Source: Gemmatimonadaceae bacterium
GTDB lineage: Bacteria > Gemmatimonadota > Gemmatimonadetes > Gemmatimonadales > Gemmatimonadaceae
DNA length: 46,357 bases
Assembly (NCBI GenBank): GCA_040901985.1
Contig: JBBDYC010000001.1
Coordinates: forward strand, 60,486 to 106,842
Reading direction: 5' to 3'
The translations under genes were made by a program, and so were the position numbers. The notes beneath the pieces were generated by a model. The model searched no databases. It was not told the origin of the DNA and was given only the letters and a program-made list of their open reading frames with translations. Positions 1 through 12,891 of this stretch are shown piece by piece. The first letter of the stretch is position 1; every line of letters begins with the position of its first letter.

Positions 1-1
1 C

Positions 2-220
2 CCCCCCCCCCCGACCGGCGGCCCGGGAGGGCCGGGCGGCCTTGGTGCGGCGCCGGTGAATGTCCGTCGGACGGATATCGCGGCGGCGGCGCGCGCCGAG
101 GTTCGGGCAGTGCGGGCGATTGCCCAGGCGAATGCCGCGGCGACGACCGTGCCGATCCACCGGGCGCACTGGCTCGACCTTGCGGACCGCGCAGGTCGGA
201 TCCTCGACCCGTCGCGCTGA
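2..220 (+). CDS. 3' end of probable zinc-dependent metalloprotease (DUF4953/EcxA-like), 5' truncated
   Basis: Frame 2 is open from the window edge to TGA 218-220 and reads ...RRTDIAAAARAEVRAVRAIAQANAAATTVPIHRAHWLDLADRAGRILDPSR*. This resembles the 'D..a.aR.eL...raH..dl..r...iLdp' C-terminus of this family. Not in the ORF track. Confidence 0.5.
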   Translation, partial: PPPPTGGPGGPGGLGAAPVNVRRTDIAAAARAEVRAVRAIAQANAAATTVPIHRAHWLDLADRAGRILDPSR

Positions 221-248
221 GCCAACCGGACGCCCAAGGAGCGCTACC

Positions 249-1151
249 GTGTGCCGTTTCACGCTTTACCTCGGTCCCCCCGTCCGACTCGCAACGCTCC
301 TCACTGAGCCGGAGCACTCGCTCATCCTGCAGAGCTACAAGGCGACCGAGCGGCAGGAGCCGTTGAACGGCGACGGGTTCGGCATCGGCTGGTATTCGCC
401 CCGGGTGCACGCGGAGCCCGGCGTCTTTCACCAGATCACGCCGGCCTGGAGCAATCGCAACCTGCGGAGCATGGCGAACGTGATCTCGAGTCCCTGCGTG
501 CTGGCGCACGTGCGGGCGGCGACGCCGGGAAGCGGCGTGGACCTCGCGAACTGCCATCCCTTCGCCTGGGGGAACTACCTGTTGATGCAGAACGGCTACA
601 TCGGGTCGTTCCGGCAGGTGCGCCGGCGTCTCCTCGAGGGGCTCACCGACGAGGCGTACGACGTGGTCAGGGGGAGCACCGACACGGAGCATCTGTTTGC
701 CGTCTTCGTGGACGAGATCATCCGGCACGGATGCCCGGTGGACCAGTCCGTCACCGACGGCAGTGCCGCGCTGGAGCTCGCCCGTCGGCTCTCGGCGGCG
801 GTGACACGGGTGGTGGACGCGGTGACGGCCCACGGCAACGGCGAGCCGAGCTATCTCAACATCGCGGTGGCGGATGGGGAGCACGCGGCGGTGTGTCGGT
901 TCGCCACCGGCGACGTGAAGCCCGACTCGCTCTACCTGTTGAGCGGCGAGATGTACCAGCCGACGGCACGGCAGTATCCAAGCCGCCGGCCGGAGGACGA
1001 GGGGGAGTCGGTGGTGGTGTCGTCCGAGCGGCTGACCTCCGACCCGCGCTGGGCGCCGGTTCCGGTGGGGCATATGGTGGTGCTGGACCGGCACGTGGCG
1101 CCCCGATTGCTCCCGATGGACGCCCGGGGACGCATCGAGGGGTCGGCTTGA
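249..1151 (+). CDS. Class II glutamine amidotransferase / EgtC-like Ntn hydrolase
   Basis: GTG at 249 gives M-C-R-F (N-terminal nucleophile Cys). Motifs [35 protein letters not shown]. Confidence 0.85.
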   Translation: MCRFTLYLGPPVRLATLLTEPEHSLILQSYKATERQEPLNGDGFGIGWYSPRVHAEPGVFHQITPAWSNRNLRSMANVISSPCVLAHVRAATPGSGVDLANCHPFAWGNYLLMQNGYIGSFRQVRRRLLEGLTDEAYDVVRGSTDTEHLFAVFVDEIIRHGCPVDQSVTDGSAALELARRLSAAVTRVVDAVTAHGNGEPSYLNIAVADGEHAAVCRFATGDVKPDSLYLLSGEMYQPTARQYPSRRPEDEGESVVVSSERLTSDPRWAPVPVGHMVVLDRHVAPRLLPMDARGRIEGSA

Positions 1152-1175
1152 CATAGGCTATTGTACGACTAGCTT
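1148..1175 (+). promoter_or_regulatory. Sigma70-like promoter upstream of the fusA leader
   Basis: TTGACA (1148-1153), 16-nt spacer, TAGCTT (1170-1175), in a locally AT-rich patch. Confidence 0.65.
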
Positions 1176-1180
1176 TTACA

Positions 1181-1566
1181 GGCTACCCCAGCCCGTTTTC
1201 AAGACGGGCTGTGGCGGCAAGGTTCTTCAGTGGAGCGATCGACCGAGGAACCCCGGGGCACTGCGTCCCGGACAGATGGGCCTGCCAACGTTGCCTGGAG
1301 TGGACGCGCGGGGGGAGTGGACAGCCCGATCGATCCCGCTGATCAGTTCGTCTGACGGCGCCCCGATTCCCGAAAAGCACGCAGGACAATTTGACGCCGG
1401 GCGATTTTTTTGTTCTTGCCCGACGCGCCGAGGGTCCCCAGTTGCGCACCAGTGGCGACTGTACCCGGCGAGTGCGGATGGATACCGGTCCCCCGGATGC
1501 TTCACGGGGGGGATGCCTGGTCCAGCCGCGTTTTTGTTTCCCCGACTTTCACGCCTGACCGACTCG
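1181..1566 (+). promoter_or_regulatory. Long structured 5' leader of the fusA-tuf-S10 transcript (candidate cis-regulatory RNA)
   Basis: Stems at 1189-1196/1204-1211, 1221-1228/1245-1252, 1253-1259/1265-1271, 1398-1404/1416-1422 and 1490-1495/1505-1510, with T-runs at about 1405-1411 and 1531-1539. Confidence 0.45.
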
Positions 1567-3684
<2,118 letters not shown>

Positions 3685-3686
3685 CG

Positions 3687-3721
3687 GCAGGTTGCAGGTG
3701 GCAGGTGACAGGAAGCAGGTA
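3687..3721. repeat. Heptamer tandem repeat (about GCAGGTG x5), single arm
   Basis: gcaggtt gcaggtg gcaggtg acaggaa gcaggta, directly after the fusA stop. Confidence 0.85.
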
Positions 3722-3760
3722 ACCGAAGGCGACCCTTTCAACACTCTCAGGACATTTCCA

Positions 3761-4963
<1,203 letters not shown>

Positions 4964-4971
4964 GAGACACC

Positions 4972-5280
4972 ATGGCAGGACGCATTCGCATCCGTCTCAA
5001 GGCCTTCGATCACGCGGTGATCGACCAGGCCTCGGCGGACATCGTTCGGACCGCGGAGAAGACCGGAGCGCAGGTCTCCGGCCCAATCCCGCTTCCCACG
5101 AAGACGCAGCGGTGGACTGTCCTCCGGTCCCCGCACGTGGACAAGAAGTCGCGCGAGCAGTTCGAGCTGAAGACGCACAAGCGGGTGATTGACATTCTCG
5201 ACTCGAAGGCGGTCACGGTGGATGCGCTGACCAAGCTGGACCTGCCGGCGGGCGTGGATGTGGAGATCAAGGTCGAATAA
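4972..5280 (+). CDS. rpsJ: 30S ribosomal protein S10
   Basis: [37 protein letters not shown] upstream. Confidence 0.99.
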   Translation: MAGRIRIRLKAFDHAVIDQASADIVRTAEKTGAQVSGPIPLPTKTQRWTVLRSPHVDKKSREQFELKTHKRVIDILDSKAVTVDALTKLDLPAGVDVEIKVE

Positions 5281-5282
5281 AG

Positions 5283-5366
5283 GCAGGAGTCAGGTGTCAG
5301 GTAGCAGGTGTCAGGTTCCTGACTCCCGACACCTGAATCCTGACACCTGAATCCTGACACCTGAAG
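5283..5366. repeat. Heptamer-repeat palindrome (5 x TCAGGTG-like followed by 7 inverted CCTGACA-like units)
   Basis: gcaggag tcaggtg tcaggta gcaggtg tcaggtt | cctgact cccgaca cctgaat cctgaca cctgaat cctgaca cctgaag. Confidence 0.92.
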
Positions 5367-5444
5367 CAGAACGGGTCCTCCGGCGTTTGCGACTTCCATG
5401 AATGTGGATCTCGCGCCGCGACTAACTGAGATCTTGAGAGAGTT

Positions 5445-6128
5445 ATGATCGGAATCATCGGCAAGAAGCTGGGGATGACCCAGATCTTCGATGCAACAGG
5501 ACAACAGATCCCCTGCACGGTGGTCGAGGCAACGCCCAATCCGGTGACGAAGGTCGTCACGTCGGAGCAGGCGGGCTTCGCCGCGGTCGAGCTTGGCTAT
5601 GGCGCCCAGCGCCTCGCGCGCGAGTCGAAGCAGGGGGAGCGCACGCCGAAGGGCCGCCGGGCGAACAAGGCGGAGATTGGGCACGCGGCGAAGGCCGGGC
5701 TCGATGCGCCACCGGCGGTGCTGCGGTCGTTCCGACTCGACGACGCGCCGGGCAAGGGGGCCGAGGTCCCGAGTTACGCCGTCGGCGACGTGGTGAAGGT
5801 GGACATCTTCGCGGTCGGCGAGCTGGTGAAGGTCACCGGCACGTCCAAGGGCCGCGGCTTCCAGGGTGTGGTGAAGCGCTGGAGCTTCCACGGCGGACCG
5901 AACACGCACGGCAACACGAAGCACCGCCGGCCGGGCTCGATCGGACCGGGCACCGACCCGTCGCGCGTGATCAAGGGCAAGAAGATGCCGGGGCACTTCG
6001 GCGCCGAGCGGCACACGCAGGGCAATCTGCGCGTCGAGAAGGTGGACGCCGAACGCAACCTGATTTACCTCCGCGGCAGCGTGGCGGGCCCGACCAACGG
6101 GATCGTCCTCGTCCGCAAGCAGGGATAA
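5445..6128 (+). CDS. rplC: 50S ribosomal protein L3
   Basis: [44 protein letters not shown]. Confidence 0.98.
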   Translation: MIGIIGKKLGMTQIFDATGQQIPCTVVEATPNPVTKVVTSEQAGFAAVELGYGAQRLARESKQGERTPKGRRANKAEIGHAAKAGLDAPPAVLRSFRLDDAPGKGAEVPSYAVGDVVKVDIFAVGELVKVTGTSKGRGFQGVVKRWSFHGGPNTHGNTKHRRPGSIGPGTDPSRVIKGKKMPGHFGAERHTQGNLRVEKVDAERNLIYLRGSVAGPTNGIVLVRKQG

Positions 6129-6131
6129 CCG

Positions 6132-7055
6132 ATGCCAGAGACGAAACACCTCGACGCGGCCGCGTACACGGCGCTCGGCACCCCGCGGGAGCGGGTCGAG
6201 CTGCCGGCGGCGACGTTCGACGGCACCGTGAACATGCCGGTGATGCATCAGGCGGTGAAGGCGCAGCTGGCGAACATGCGCCAGGGCACGCACGCGACCA
6301 AGACGCGCGGGTTCGTGGTCGGTGGCGGCCAGAAGCCGTGGAAGCAGAAGGGCACGGGCCGCGCCCGCGCCGGCTCGACGCGCTCCCCGGTCTGGGTCGG
6401 CGGCGGCACCGTGTTCGGTCCGCAGCCGCGCTCCTACGAGCAGAAGGTGCCGCGCCAGATCAAGGCGCTCGCCCGCAAGTCGGCGTTCAATGCGCGGGCC
6501 CGCGAACAGTCGGTGCTCGTGATCGACCGCTTCACCTGGGAGACGCCGAAGACGGCACAGCTCGCGCAGTTGCTCGCGCGGCTGGAGGTCTCGCACCAGA
6601 AGGTCCTGATCCTCACCGACGGCGCCAAGACGCCGGTCTACCTGAGCGGCCGCAACCTGCCGAACGTGGTCGTCCAGCCGTACAGCGACGCGTCCACGTA
6701 CGACCTGCTCTGGTCCGACGTGGTGCTGATTGAGGCGCCGGCGCTCGGGCACGAGCTCGCGCCCCTGGCGGAGCAGCCGGTGGAGAAGGTGAAGGTGCGG
6801 AAGCCGTCGGCGCGGAAGTCGCCGAAGGCGGCCGCGGCGGAGACCGAGGCCAAGCGGCACGCCAAGGCGACTGCGAGGAAGACGGCGTCCAAGGCGGCGT
6901 CCAAGGCGGCGGCGCGGAAGGCTGCCCCGAAGGCGGTGGCCAAGAAGGCGGCGGCCAAGAAGGCGCCGGCGAAGAAGAAGGCGGCCGCGAAGAAGCCGGC
7001 GGCGGCCCGGAAGCCGGCGGCCAAGAAGTCGGCCCCCAAGAAGAAGGGGAAGTAA
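6132..7055 (+). CDS. rplD: 50S ribosomal protein L4 with Lys/Ala-rich C-terminal tail
   Basis: [36 protein letters not shown], plus a roughly 90-aa KAAAKK-type tail. Confidence 0.97.
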   Translation: MPETKHLDAAAYTALGTPRERVELPAATFDGTVNMPVMHQAVKAQLANMRQGTHATKTRGFVVGGGQKPWKQKGTGRARAGSTRSPVWVGGGTVFGPQPRSYEQKVPRQIKALARKSAFNARAREQSVLVIDRFTWETPKTAQLAQLLARLEVSHQKVLILTDGAKTPVYLSGRNLPNVVVQPYSDASTYDLLWSDVVLIEAPALGHELAPLAEQPVEKVKVRKPSARKSPKAAAAETEAKRHAKATARKTASKAASKAAARKAAPKAVAKKAAAKKAPAKKKAAAKKPAAARKPAAKKSAPKKKGK

Positions 7056-7058
7056 CCG

Positions 7059-7346
7059 ATGCCAACGATGCTCCGCACCATCGTGCGCCCGATCGTCACC
7101 GAGAAGTCGTCGGCGGCCTACCAGGAGCGCGGTGAGTACACGTTCGAAGTCCACCCGGACGCGACCAAGACCACCATCAAGGCGGCGATCGAATCGCTGT
7201 TCGGGGTGAAGGTCACGGGCGTCTGGACGTCGCAGCAGCGGGGGAAGAGCCGGAAGGTCGGCACGAGCTCCGGGCTGCGTCCCCGCTGGAAGAAGGCCAT
7301 CGTGACGCTCAAGGCGGGCGACACGATCGAGATCTTCGAGGGCTGA
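7059..7346 (+). CDS. rplW: 50S ribosomal protein L23
   Basis: [21 protein letters not shown]; operon position. Confidence 0.97.
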   Translation: MPTMLRTIVRPIVTEKSSAAYQERGEYTFEVHPDATKTTIKAAIESLFGVKVTGVWTSQQRGKSRKVGTSSGLRPRWKKAIVTLKAGDTIEIFEG

Positions 7347-7351
7347 GAGAC

Positions 7352-8185
7352 ATGGGAATCCGACAGTTCAAGCCAGTCACCGCAGCGACGCGTTTCCGTT
7401 CGGTCTCGGACAACGACGTCATCACGCGGTCCACGCCGGAGAAGTCGCTCACCGCGCCGCTCAAGAAGAGCGGCGGGCGCGACAATCACGGCCACATCTC
7501 GATGCGGCGCCTCGGCGGCGGGCACAAGCGGAAGTACCGCATCATCGACTTCAAGCGTAACAAGTTCGGCCAGGTGGCGACGGTCGAGCACATCGAGTAC
7601 GACCCGAACCGCTCGTCGCGGATCGCGCTCGTGGGCTATCCCGACGGCGAGAAGCGCTACGTCCTGCATCCGAAGGGGCTCGCGGTCGGCGACACGATCG
7701 TGAGCGGGAAGGGGTCGGACGTGCGCACCGGCAACGCGTTGCCGCTCCGGGAGGTGCCGCTGGGCACCGCGGTGCACAACGTGGAGCTGAAGCCGGGGAA
7801 GGGCGGGCAGATCGCCCGCTCGGCCGGCACGAGCGTCCAGGTCGTGGCCAAGGAAGGCGAGTACGTCACGGTCCGGATGGCGTCAACCGAGATGCGGATG
7901 ATCCACGGGGACTGCCTCGGCACCATCGGCGAGGTGGGGAACGCGGAGCACGAGCTGATCTCGTGGGGCAAGGCGGGCAAGACCCGCTGGCTGGGGCGCC
8001 GCCCGAAGGTCCGCGGCGAAGTGATGAACCCGGTGGACCACCCGCACGGTGGCCGCACGCGCGGCGGCAGGAACGTGGTGAGTCCGTGGGGCAAGAAGGA
8101 GGGCGTCAAGACGCGCAACAAGAAGAAGGCGTCGCAGCGCCTGATTGTCCGTGGCCGGAAGCGCGGCAAGGCCACCCAGAGCTGA
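7352..8185 (+). CDS. rplB: 50S ribosomal protein L2
   Basis: [33 protein letters not shown]. Confidence 0.98.
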   Translation: MGIRQFKPVTAATRFRSVSDNDVITRSTPEKSLTAPLKKSGGRDNHGHISMRRLGGGHKRKYRIIDFKRNKFGQVATVEHIEYDPNRSSRIALVGYPDGEKRYVLHPKGLAVGDTIVSGKGSDVRTGNALPLREVPLGTAVHNVELKPGKGGQIARSAGTSVQVVAKEGEYVTVRMASTEMRMIHGDCLGTIGEVGNAEHELISWGKAGKTRWLGRRPKVRGEVMNPVDHPHGGRTRGGRNVVSPWGKKEGVKTRNKKKASQRLIVRGRKRGKATQS

Positions 8186-8201
8186 CCGGAGAAGCCGACC
8201 A

Positions 8202-8570
8202 ATGGGACGCAGCATCAAGAAGGGACCGTTCATCCAGGACACGCTCCTCAAGCGGGTCCAGGCCTTGAACGCGAAGAACGAGAAGAAGGTCGTCAAGACC
8301 TGGTCGCGCGCGAGCATGGTGATCCCCGAGTTCGTCGGGCACACGTTCGCGGTGCACAACGGGAACAAGTTCATCCCGGTGTACGTGACCGAGAACATGG
8401 TCGGCCATAAGCTCGGCGAGTTTGCGCCGACGCGGCTCTTCCGCGGGCACAGCGGCAACAACAAGATCGACAAGAAGGCGGCGCCGAGCGGCGCGGCCCC
8501 GGCGGCGGCCGCGGCGGCCCCGACAGCCCCGGCGGCCCCGGCGGCGCCGGCGGCCAAGGGAGGCAAGTGA
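8202..8570 (+). CDS. rpsS: 30S ribosomal protein S19 with Ala/Pro-rich C-terminal tail
   Basis: [31 protein letters not shown] at 8202. Confidence 0.97.
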   Translation: MGRSIKKGPFIQDTLLKRVQALNAKNEKKVVKTWSRASMVIPEFVGHTFAVHNGNKFIPVYVTENMVGHKLGEFAPTRLFRGHSGNNKIDKKAAPSGAAPAAAAAAPTAPAAPAAPAAKGGK

Positions 8571-8572
8571 CG

Positions 8573-8932
8573 ATGACCGAGGCACGGGCCATCCAGCGCA
8601 GCGCACGGCAGTCGCCCTACAAGATGCGGCTGGTCATTGACCAGATCCGCGGGCTCGGCGTGAACGACGCGCTGGCGCTGCTCAAGTTCTCCAAGAAGCA
8701 CGCGGCGGTGCAGATCTCGAAGGTGCTCACGTCGGCGGTGGCGAACGCCGAGCAGGCGGCGCGCGCGGCCGACACCGCGCTCGACGTGGACCAGCTCTAC
8801 GTGAAGCACGCGATCGTCAATGAAGGCGTGAAACTCAAGCGGTGGACGCCGGCGGCCATGGGACGGGCGACGCCGATGCACAAGCGAACCAGCCACGTGG
8901 AGATCATCGTGGCCGAGAAGGACGGGCGATAA
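8573..8932 (+). CDS. rplV: 50S ribosomal protein L22
   Basis: [30 protein letters not shown]. Alternative GTG start at 8567. Confidence 0.96.
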   Translation: MTEARAIQRSARQSPYKMRLVIDQIRGLGVNDALALLKFSKKHAAVQISKVLTSAVANAEQAARAADTALDVDQLYVKHAIVNEGVKLKRWTPAAMGRATPMHKRTSHVEIIVAEKDGR

Positions 8933-9591
8933 TGGGACAGAAGACACATCCGATTGGCTTCCGGCTCGGCATCTCGACGTCGTGGCGCTCGAAGTGGTTC
9001 GCGACGAAGGACTTCCCGGCGCTGCTGAAGGAAGACGCGCTGCTGCGGAAGTACCTCAAGGCGCGCCTCGGCGGCGCGGCGATCGCCGACATCACCATCG
9101 AGCGGAAGCCGGGCAAGGTGGTGGTGACGATCCACACCGGGCGGCCGGGCGTCGTGATCGGCAAGAAGGGAGCGGCGGTCGAGGAGTTGAAGAACGAGCT
9201 CCAGCAGCTGACCGGCAAGGAAGTCGGGATCAACGTCGAGGAGATCAAGCGGCCCGAGATCGAGGCACAGCTCGTCGCCGACAACATCGCCGCCCAGCTG
9301 GCGCAGCGCATCTCATTCCGCCGTGCGATGAAGCGCGCCGTGCAGAGCGCGATGCGGATGGGCGCCGAAGGCATCAAGGTGAAGTGCTCGGGCCGCCTCG
9401 GCGGCGCCGAGATCGCGCGGGTCGAGGGCTACCACGAGGGGCGGGTGCCGCTCCACACCCTCCGGGCCGACATCAACTATGCGACGTCAACCGCGAAGAC
9501 CACGTTCGGCACCATCGGGGTGAAGGTGTGGATCTTCAAGGGCGAGATCATCGAGGGGCGGCGTGGCAACACGTACTCCTCCGACGCGTAA
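8932..9591 (+). CDS. rpsC: 30S ribosomal protein S3
   Basis: [38 protein letters not shown] overlap with rplV. Confidence 0.98.
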   Translation: MGQKTHPIGFRLGISTSWRSKWFATKDFPALLKEDALLRKYLKARLGGAAIADITIERKPGKVVVTIHTGRPGVVIGKKGAAVEELKNELQQLTGKEVGINVEEIKRPEIEAQLVADNIAAQLAQRISFRRAMKRAVQSAMRMGAEGIKVKCSGRLGGAEIARVEGYHEGRVPLHTLRADINYATSTAKTTFGTIGVKVWIFKGEIIEGRRGNTYSSDA

Positions 9592-9604
9592 GGAGCCCTG
9601 AGCG

Positions 9605-10033
9605 ATGCTCGCACCGAAGCGCGTGAAGTTCCGCAAGATGTTCAAGGGCCGCACGACCGGTCTCGCCACGCGTGGCGCGACGGTGGCATTCGGCCACTAT
9701 GGATTGCAGGCGCAGGAGCCGGGATGGGTGACGGCGCGGCAGATCGAGGCGGCCCGCGTGGCGTTGACGCGCCACATCAAGCGGGGCGGCAAGGTCTGGA
9801 TCCGCATCTTCCCCGACAAGCCGGTTACCAAGAAGCCGGCCGAGACCCGTATGGGCAAGGGCAAGGGATCGCCCGAGCTCTGGGTGGCGGTGGTGCGGCC
9901 GGGACGCGTGCTGTTCGAGATCGAGGGCGTGACGAAGGCGATCGCCCAGAAGGCGCTCGGCCTCGCCGCGGCCAAGCTCGGCGTGAAGACGAAGTTCGTG
10001 GCGCGCGAGGAGGCGCTGAGCGATGAAAGCTGA
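9605..10033 (+). CDS. rplP: 50S ribosomal protein L16
   Basis: [26 protein letters not shown]. Confidence 0.98.
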   Translation: MLAPKRVKFRKMFKGRTTGLATRGATVAFGHYGLQAQEPGWVTARQIEAARVALTRHIKRGGKVWIRIFPDKPVTKKPAETRMGKGKGSPELWVAVVRPGRVLFEIEGVTKAIAQKALGLAAAKLGVKTKFVAREEALSDES

Positions 10034-10229
10034 GGAGATCCGGGGGTTGAGTGCGGACGATATCCGCGCGCGGCTCGCTGAGCTGGAACGGGAGCGCTTC
10101 AACCTGAAGTTCCGGGGCGGCACCGAGACGCTCACGAATCCGCTCCGGTTGCGGACCATTCGCCGCGATATCGCGCGGCTTCAGACGGTGCTCGCCGAAC
10201 AGGCGCGCGCGACGGAGGCCGCGCGCTGA
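10023..10229 (+). CDS. rpmC: 50S ribosomal protein L29
   Basis: [22 protein letters not shown]; operon position. Confidence 0.95.
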   Translation: MKAEEIRGLSADDIRARLAELERERFNLKFRGGTETLTNPLRLRTIRRDIARLQTVLAEQARATEAAR

Positions 10230-10247
10230 GGCGCGCGAGGAGAATCG

Positions 10248-10529
10248 ATGGCTGAGCCAGTGAAGCACACCGTGACCGACCGCACCGCGCGCAAAGTGCG
10301 CCAGGGGCTGGTCGTGAGCGACAAGATGGACAAGACCGTCGTGGTCGCGATCGAGCGTCGCGTGCCGCATCCCGTCTATGGGAAGATGGTGACGAAGACC
10401 AAGCGACTGAAGGCGCACGACGAGGCCAACAGCGCGAAGGTCGGCGACACCGTCCGGATCGTCGAGACCCGGCCGCTGTCGAAGGACAAGCGGTTCCGGC
10501 TGCTCGAGATCGTCGAACGTGCGCGTTAA
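10248..10529 (+). CDS. rpsQ: 30S ribosomal protein S17
   Basis: [30 protein letters not shown]. Confidence 0.97.
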   Translation: MAEPVKHTVTDRTARKVRQGLVVSDKMDKTVVVAIERRVPHPVYGKMVTKTKRLKAHDEANSAKVGDTVRIVETRPLSKDKRFRLLEIVERAR

Positions 10530-10541
10530 GGGAGTCGACCA

Positions 10542-10910
10542 ATGATCCAACAGGAATCCGTCGTGAAGGTCGCGGACAACTCGGGGGCCAAGAAGGCCCT
10601 CGTGATCCGGGTCCTCGGCGGCACCCGCCGCCGCTACGCCGGCCTTGGCGACAAGGTCGTCGTCACGGTCAAGGACGCCCTCCCCAACGGAACCGTGAAG
10701 AAGAGCGACGTCGCGAAGGCGGTCGTCGTGCGGACCGTCAAGGAGACGCGCCGCAAGGATGGCAGCTACATCAAGTTCGACGAGAACGCCGTCGTCATCA
10801 TTGATGACAAGGGCGAGCCGCGCGCGACGCGCATCTTCGGGCCGGTGGCCCGTGAGCTCCGCGAGAAGCGCTATATGAAGATCGTCAGTCTGGCCCCCGA
10901 GGTGCTCTAA
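10542..10910 (+). CDS. rplN: 50S ribosomal protein L14
   Basis: [32 protein letters not shown]. Confidence 0.99.
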   Translation: MIQQESVVKVADNSGAKKALVIRVLGGTRRRYAGLGDKVVVTVKDALPNGTVKKSDVAKAVVVRTVKETRRKDGSYIKFDENAVVIIDDKGEPRATRIFGPVARELREKRYMKIVSLAPEVL

Positions 10911-10911
10911 G

Positions 10912-11310
10912 ATGCGCGTCCTGACCCACCGCAAGACCCGCGGCAAGAAGAACGTCACCCGTCACCGGCGGAACGCCGAGCGCACGACGATGTCGGTCTC
11001 GCGCGGCGACACCGTGCGCGTGATGCGCGGCGACGACAAGGGCAAGGAAGGCAAGGTGATTCGCGTGTACCTGAAGACCGGGCGCGTGCTGATCGAGGGG
11101 ATCAACATCGTGAAGAAGCATCGCCGCGCGCGGCGGGCCGAGGAGCAATCGGGCATCCTCGAGATGCCGGCGCCGCTTGCCGCGTCCAACGTGATGCTGC
11201 TCGACCCGAAGTCGGGGGCACCGACGCGCGTCCGCGCGCGGATTGACGCCGACGGCACGAAGGAGCGCGTGAGCGTGAAGAGTGCCGAGCCGATTCCGTA
11301 CGTCCGCTGA
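10912..11310 (+). CDS. rplX: 50S ribosomal protein L24 (basic N-terminal extension)
   Basis: GDTVRVMRGDDKGKEGKV (KOW), EGINIVKKH, SNVML. A shorter start at ATG 10990 is possible. Confidence 0.95.
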   Translation: MRVLTHRKTRGKKNVTRHRRNAERTTMSVSRGDTVRVMRGDDKGKEGKVIRVYLKTGRVLIEGINIVKKHRRARRAEEQSGILEMPAPLAASNVMLLDPKSGAPTRVRARIDADGTKERVSVKSAEPIPYVR

Positions 11311-11327
11311 CCGCAGAGAACCGACCA

Positions 11328-12005
11328 ATGGCAACGACCAAGACGCAGGGCACACAACAGAAGAAGGGCGGCGGCCAGGGCGAGAAGCGCGCCTCGATGC
11401 TCCCCAAGGACCACGCCGGGGCCGGGAAGCCGGTGCCGCCGCCGCGCCTGCTGGGGCACTACGCCGCCACCGTGCGGCCGCGCTTGATGCAGCAGTTCGG
11501 CCTCGGCAATCCGCACGAGGTCCCCACCCTGACGAAGATCACGCTCAACGTCGGGATGGGCGAGGCGATCAAGCAGCCGAAGGTCCTCGACGCCATCGTT
11601 GACGAGCTGGCGACGATCACCGGCCAGAAGCCGGTCCGCACGAAGGCGAAGAAGTCGATTGCCAACTACGGACAGCGCGAGGGGCAGGAGATTGGCGTCT
11701 CGGTGACGCTGCGTGGCGCCCGGATGTGGGAATTCCTCGACCGCTTCGTGTCGACGGCCATCCCGCGCATCCGCGACTTCCGCGGCCTTTCGACGCGGTC
11801 GTTCGACGGCCGCGGCAACTACAGTCTCGGCGTCAAGGAGCAGATGATCTTCCCGGAGATCAACTACGACCTCGTCGAGCAGATCCACGGGATGGACATC
11901 ACGTTCGTCACGACCACCGATCGGGATGACATGGCCTTTGCGCTCCTCCGGGAGCTCGGCGTGCCGTTCCGCGGCGATGACAAGCCCATCGTCGTCCAGG
12001 GTTGA
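11328..12005 (+). CDS. rplE: 50S ribosomal protein L5 (N-terminal extension)
   Basis: [40 protein letters not shown]. Confidence 0.97.
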   Translation: MATTKTQGTQQKKGGGQGEKRASMLPKDHAGAGKPVPPPRLLGHYAATVRPRLMQQFGLGNPHEVPTLTKITLNVGMGEAIKQPKVLDAIVDELATITGQKPVRTKAKKSIANYGQREGQEIGVSVTLRGARMWEFLDRFVSTAIPRIRDFRGLSTRSFDGRGNYSLGVKEQMIFPEINYDLVEQIHGMDITFVTTTDRDDMAFALLRELGVPFRGDDKPIVVQG

Positions 12006-12012
12006 GGAAACC

Positions 12013-12318
12013 ATGGCCAAGAAGAGCACGATCGAGAAGAACGAACGGCGGCGGCAGATGGCGCAGCGCCAGGCGGTGAAGCGGAAGGCGCTCGCCGACA
12101 CCGTGCGCAGCGTCAAGGCGACCGACGAGGAGAAGCGCGCCGCCCAGGTGGCGTTGCAGCGACTCCCGCGCAACGGGGCGTCCATCCGCATCCGCAACCG
12201 CTGCCAGATGACCGGCCGCAGCCGCGGGTACGTGGCGCACTTCGGGTTGAGCCGGATTGCCTTCCGCGAGATGGCACTGCAGGGGCTGATTCCCGGGGTG
12301 CGGAAGGCAAGTTGGTGA
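12013..12318 (+). CDS. rpsN: 30S ribosomal protein S14, long Zn-independent (C-) type
   Basis: 101 aa, [10 protein letters not shown]...[12 protein letters not shown]...[10 protein letters not shown]...PGVRKASW. It has only one Cys. Confidence 0.96.
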   Translation: MAKKSTIEKNERRRQMAQRQAVKRKALADTVRSVKATDEEKRAAQVALQRLPRNGASIRIRNRCQMTGRSRGYVAHFGLSRIAFREMALQGLIPGVRKASW

Positions 12319-12325
12319 TGCAATG

Positions 12326-12406
12326 GAAGGTGTCAGGTGTCAGGTATCAGGGGGCCGGCCGTTCGGCCATCCCTGACACCCGACACCTGATACCTGACAC
12401 CTGTTG
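12326..12406. repeat. Heptamer-repeat palindrome with central GC hairpin
   Basis: gaaggtg tcaggtg tcaggta tcagggg / ggcc-gttc-ggcc / cctgaca cccgaca cctgata cctgaca cctgttg. Confidence 0.92.
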
Positions 12407-12483
12407 TTAAAGAACGGATGCAGGCCTGCAGCACCTAGCTCCAGGAACCACATCCAGTATTGAACGAAGAGACGAGTCGCACT

Positions 12484-12882
12484 ATGAGCATGACCGACCC
12501 AATCGCCGATATGCTCACGCGGATCCGTAATGCTGTCGGTTCGAAGCATCGGCGCGTGGACATCCCGGCGTCCCGCATGAAGGTGGAGATCGCCCGGCTG
12601 CTGAAGGAGACGAACTTCATCACCGACTACAAGACCCTCGAGAACGCCGAGGGGAAGAAGGTCCTCCGCGTCGCGCTCAAGTATGCCGGCGGCACGCCGG
12701 TGATCCGCCAGCTGCAGCGCGTCTCGACGCCGGGGCTCCGTCAGTACGTCGGCGCCGCCGAGATCCCGCGCGTGCGCAACGGACTTGGCGTCGCGATCCT
12801 CAGCACCTCCAAGGGGCTGATGACCGACCGCGAGGCCCGCGCCCAGCGGACCGGCGGTGAACTCCTCGCCTACATCTGGTAG
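12484..12882 (+). CDS. rpsH: 30S ribosomal protein S8
   Basis: MSMTDPIADMLTRIRNA, STPGLRQY, ILSTSKG, GGELLAYIW. Confidence 0.98.
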   Translation: MSMTDPIADMLTRIRNAVGSKHRRVDIPASRMKVEIARLLKETNFITDYKTLENAEGKKVLRVALKYAGGTPVIRQLQRVSTPGLRQYVGAAEIPRVRNGLGVAILSTSKGLMTDREARAQRTGGELLAYIW

Positions 12883-12891
12883 GAGCCGCCC

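Noticed and set aside
1..12. Poly-C run at the window start
   Set aside because: Contig-edge homopolymer within a Pro/Gly-coding stretch; probably low-quality sequence.
1478..1558. 26-codon upstream ORF (MDTGPP...FHA*) in the fusA leader as a leader peptide
   Set aside because: No clear SD or diagnostic codon run; could be chance. Not supportable without conservation data.
1276..1566. 97-aa N-terminal extension of EF-G given by the ORF track
   Set aside because: Atypical codon usage and hairpin-rich sequence; EF-G homology begins at ATG 1567.
5283..5366. Heptamer arrays as CRISPR or IS ends
   Set aside because: No unique spacers, the unit is only 7 nt, and there are no cas or transposase genes or evident target duplications.
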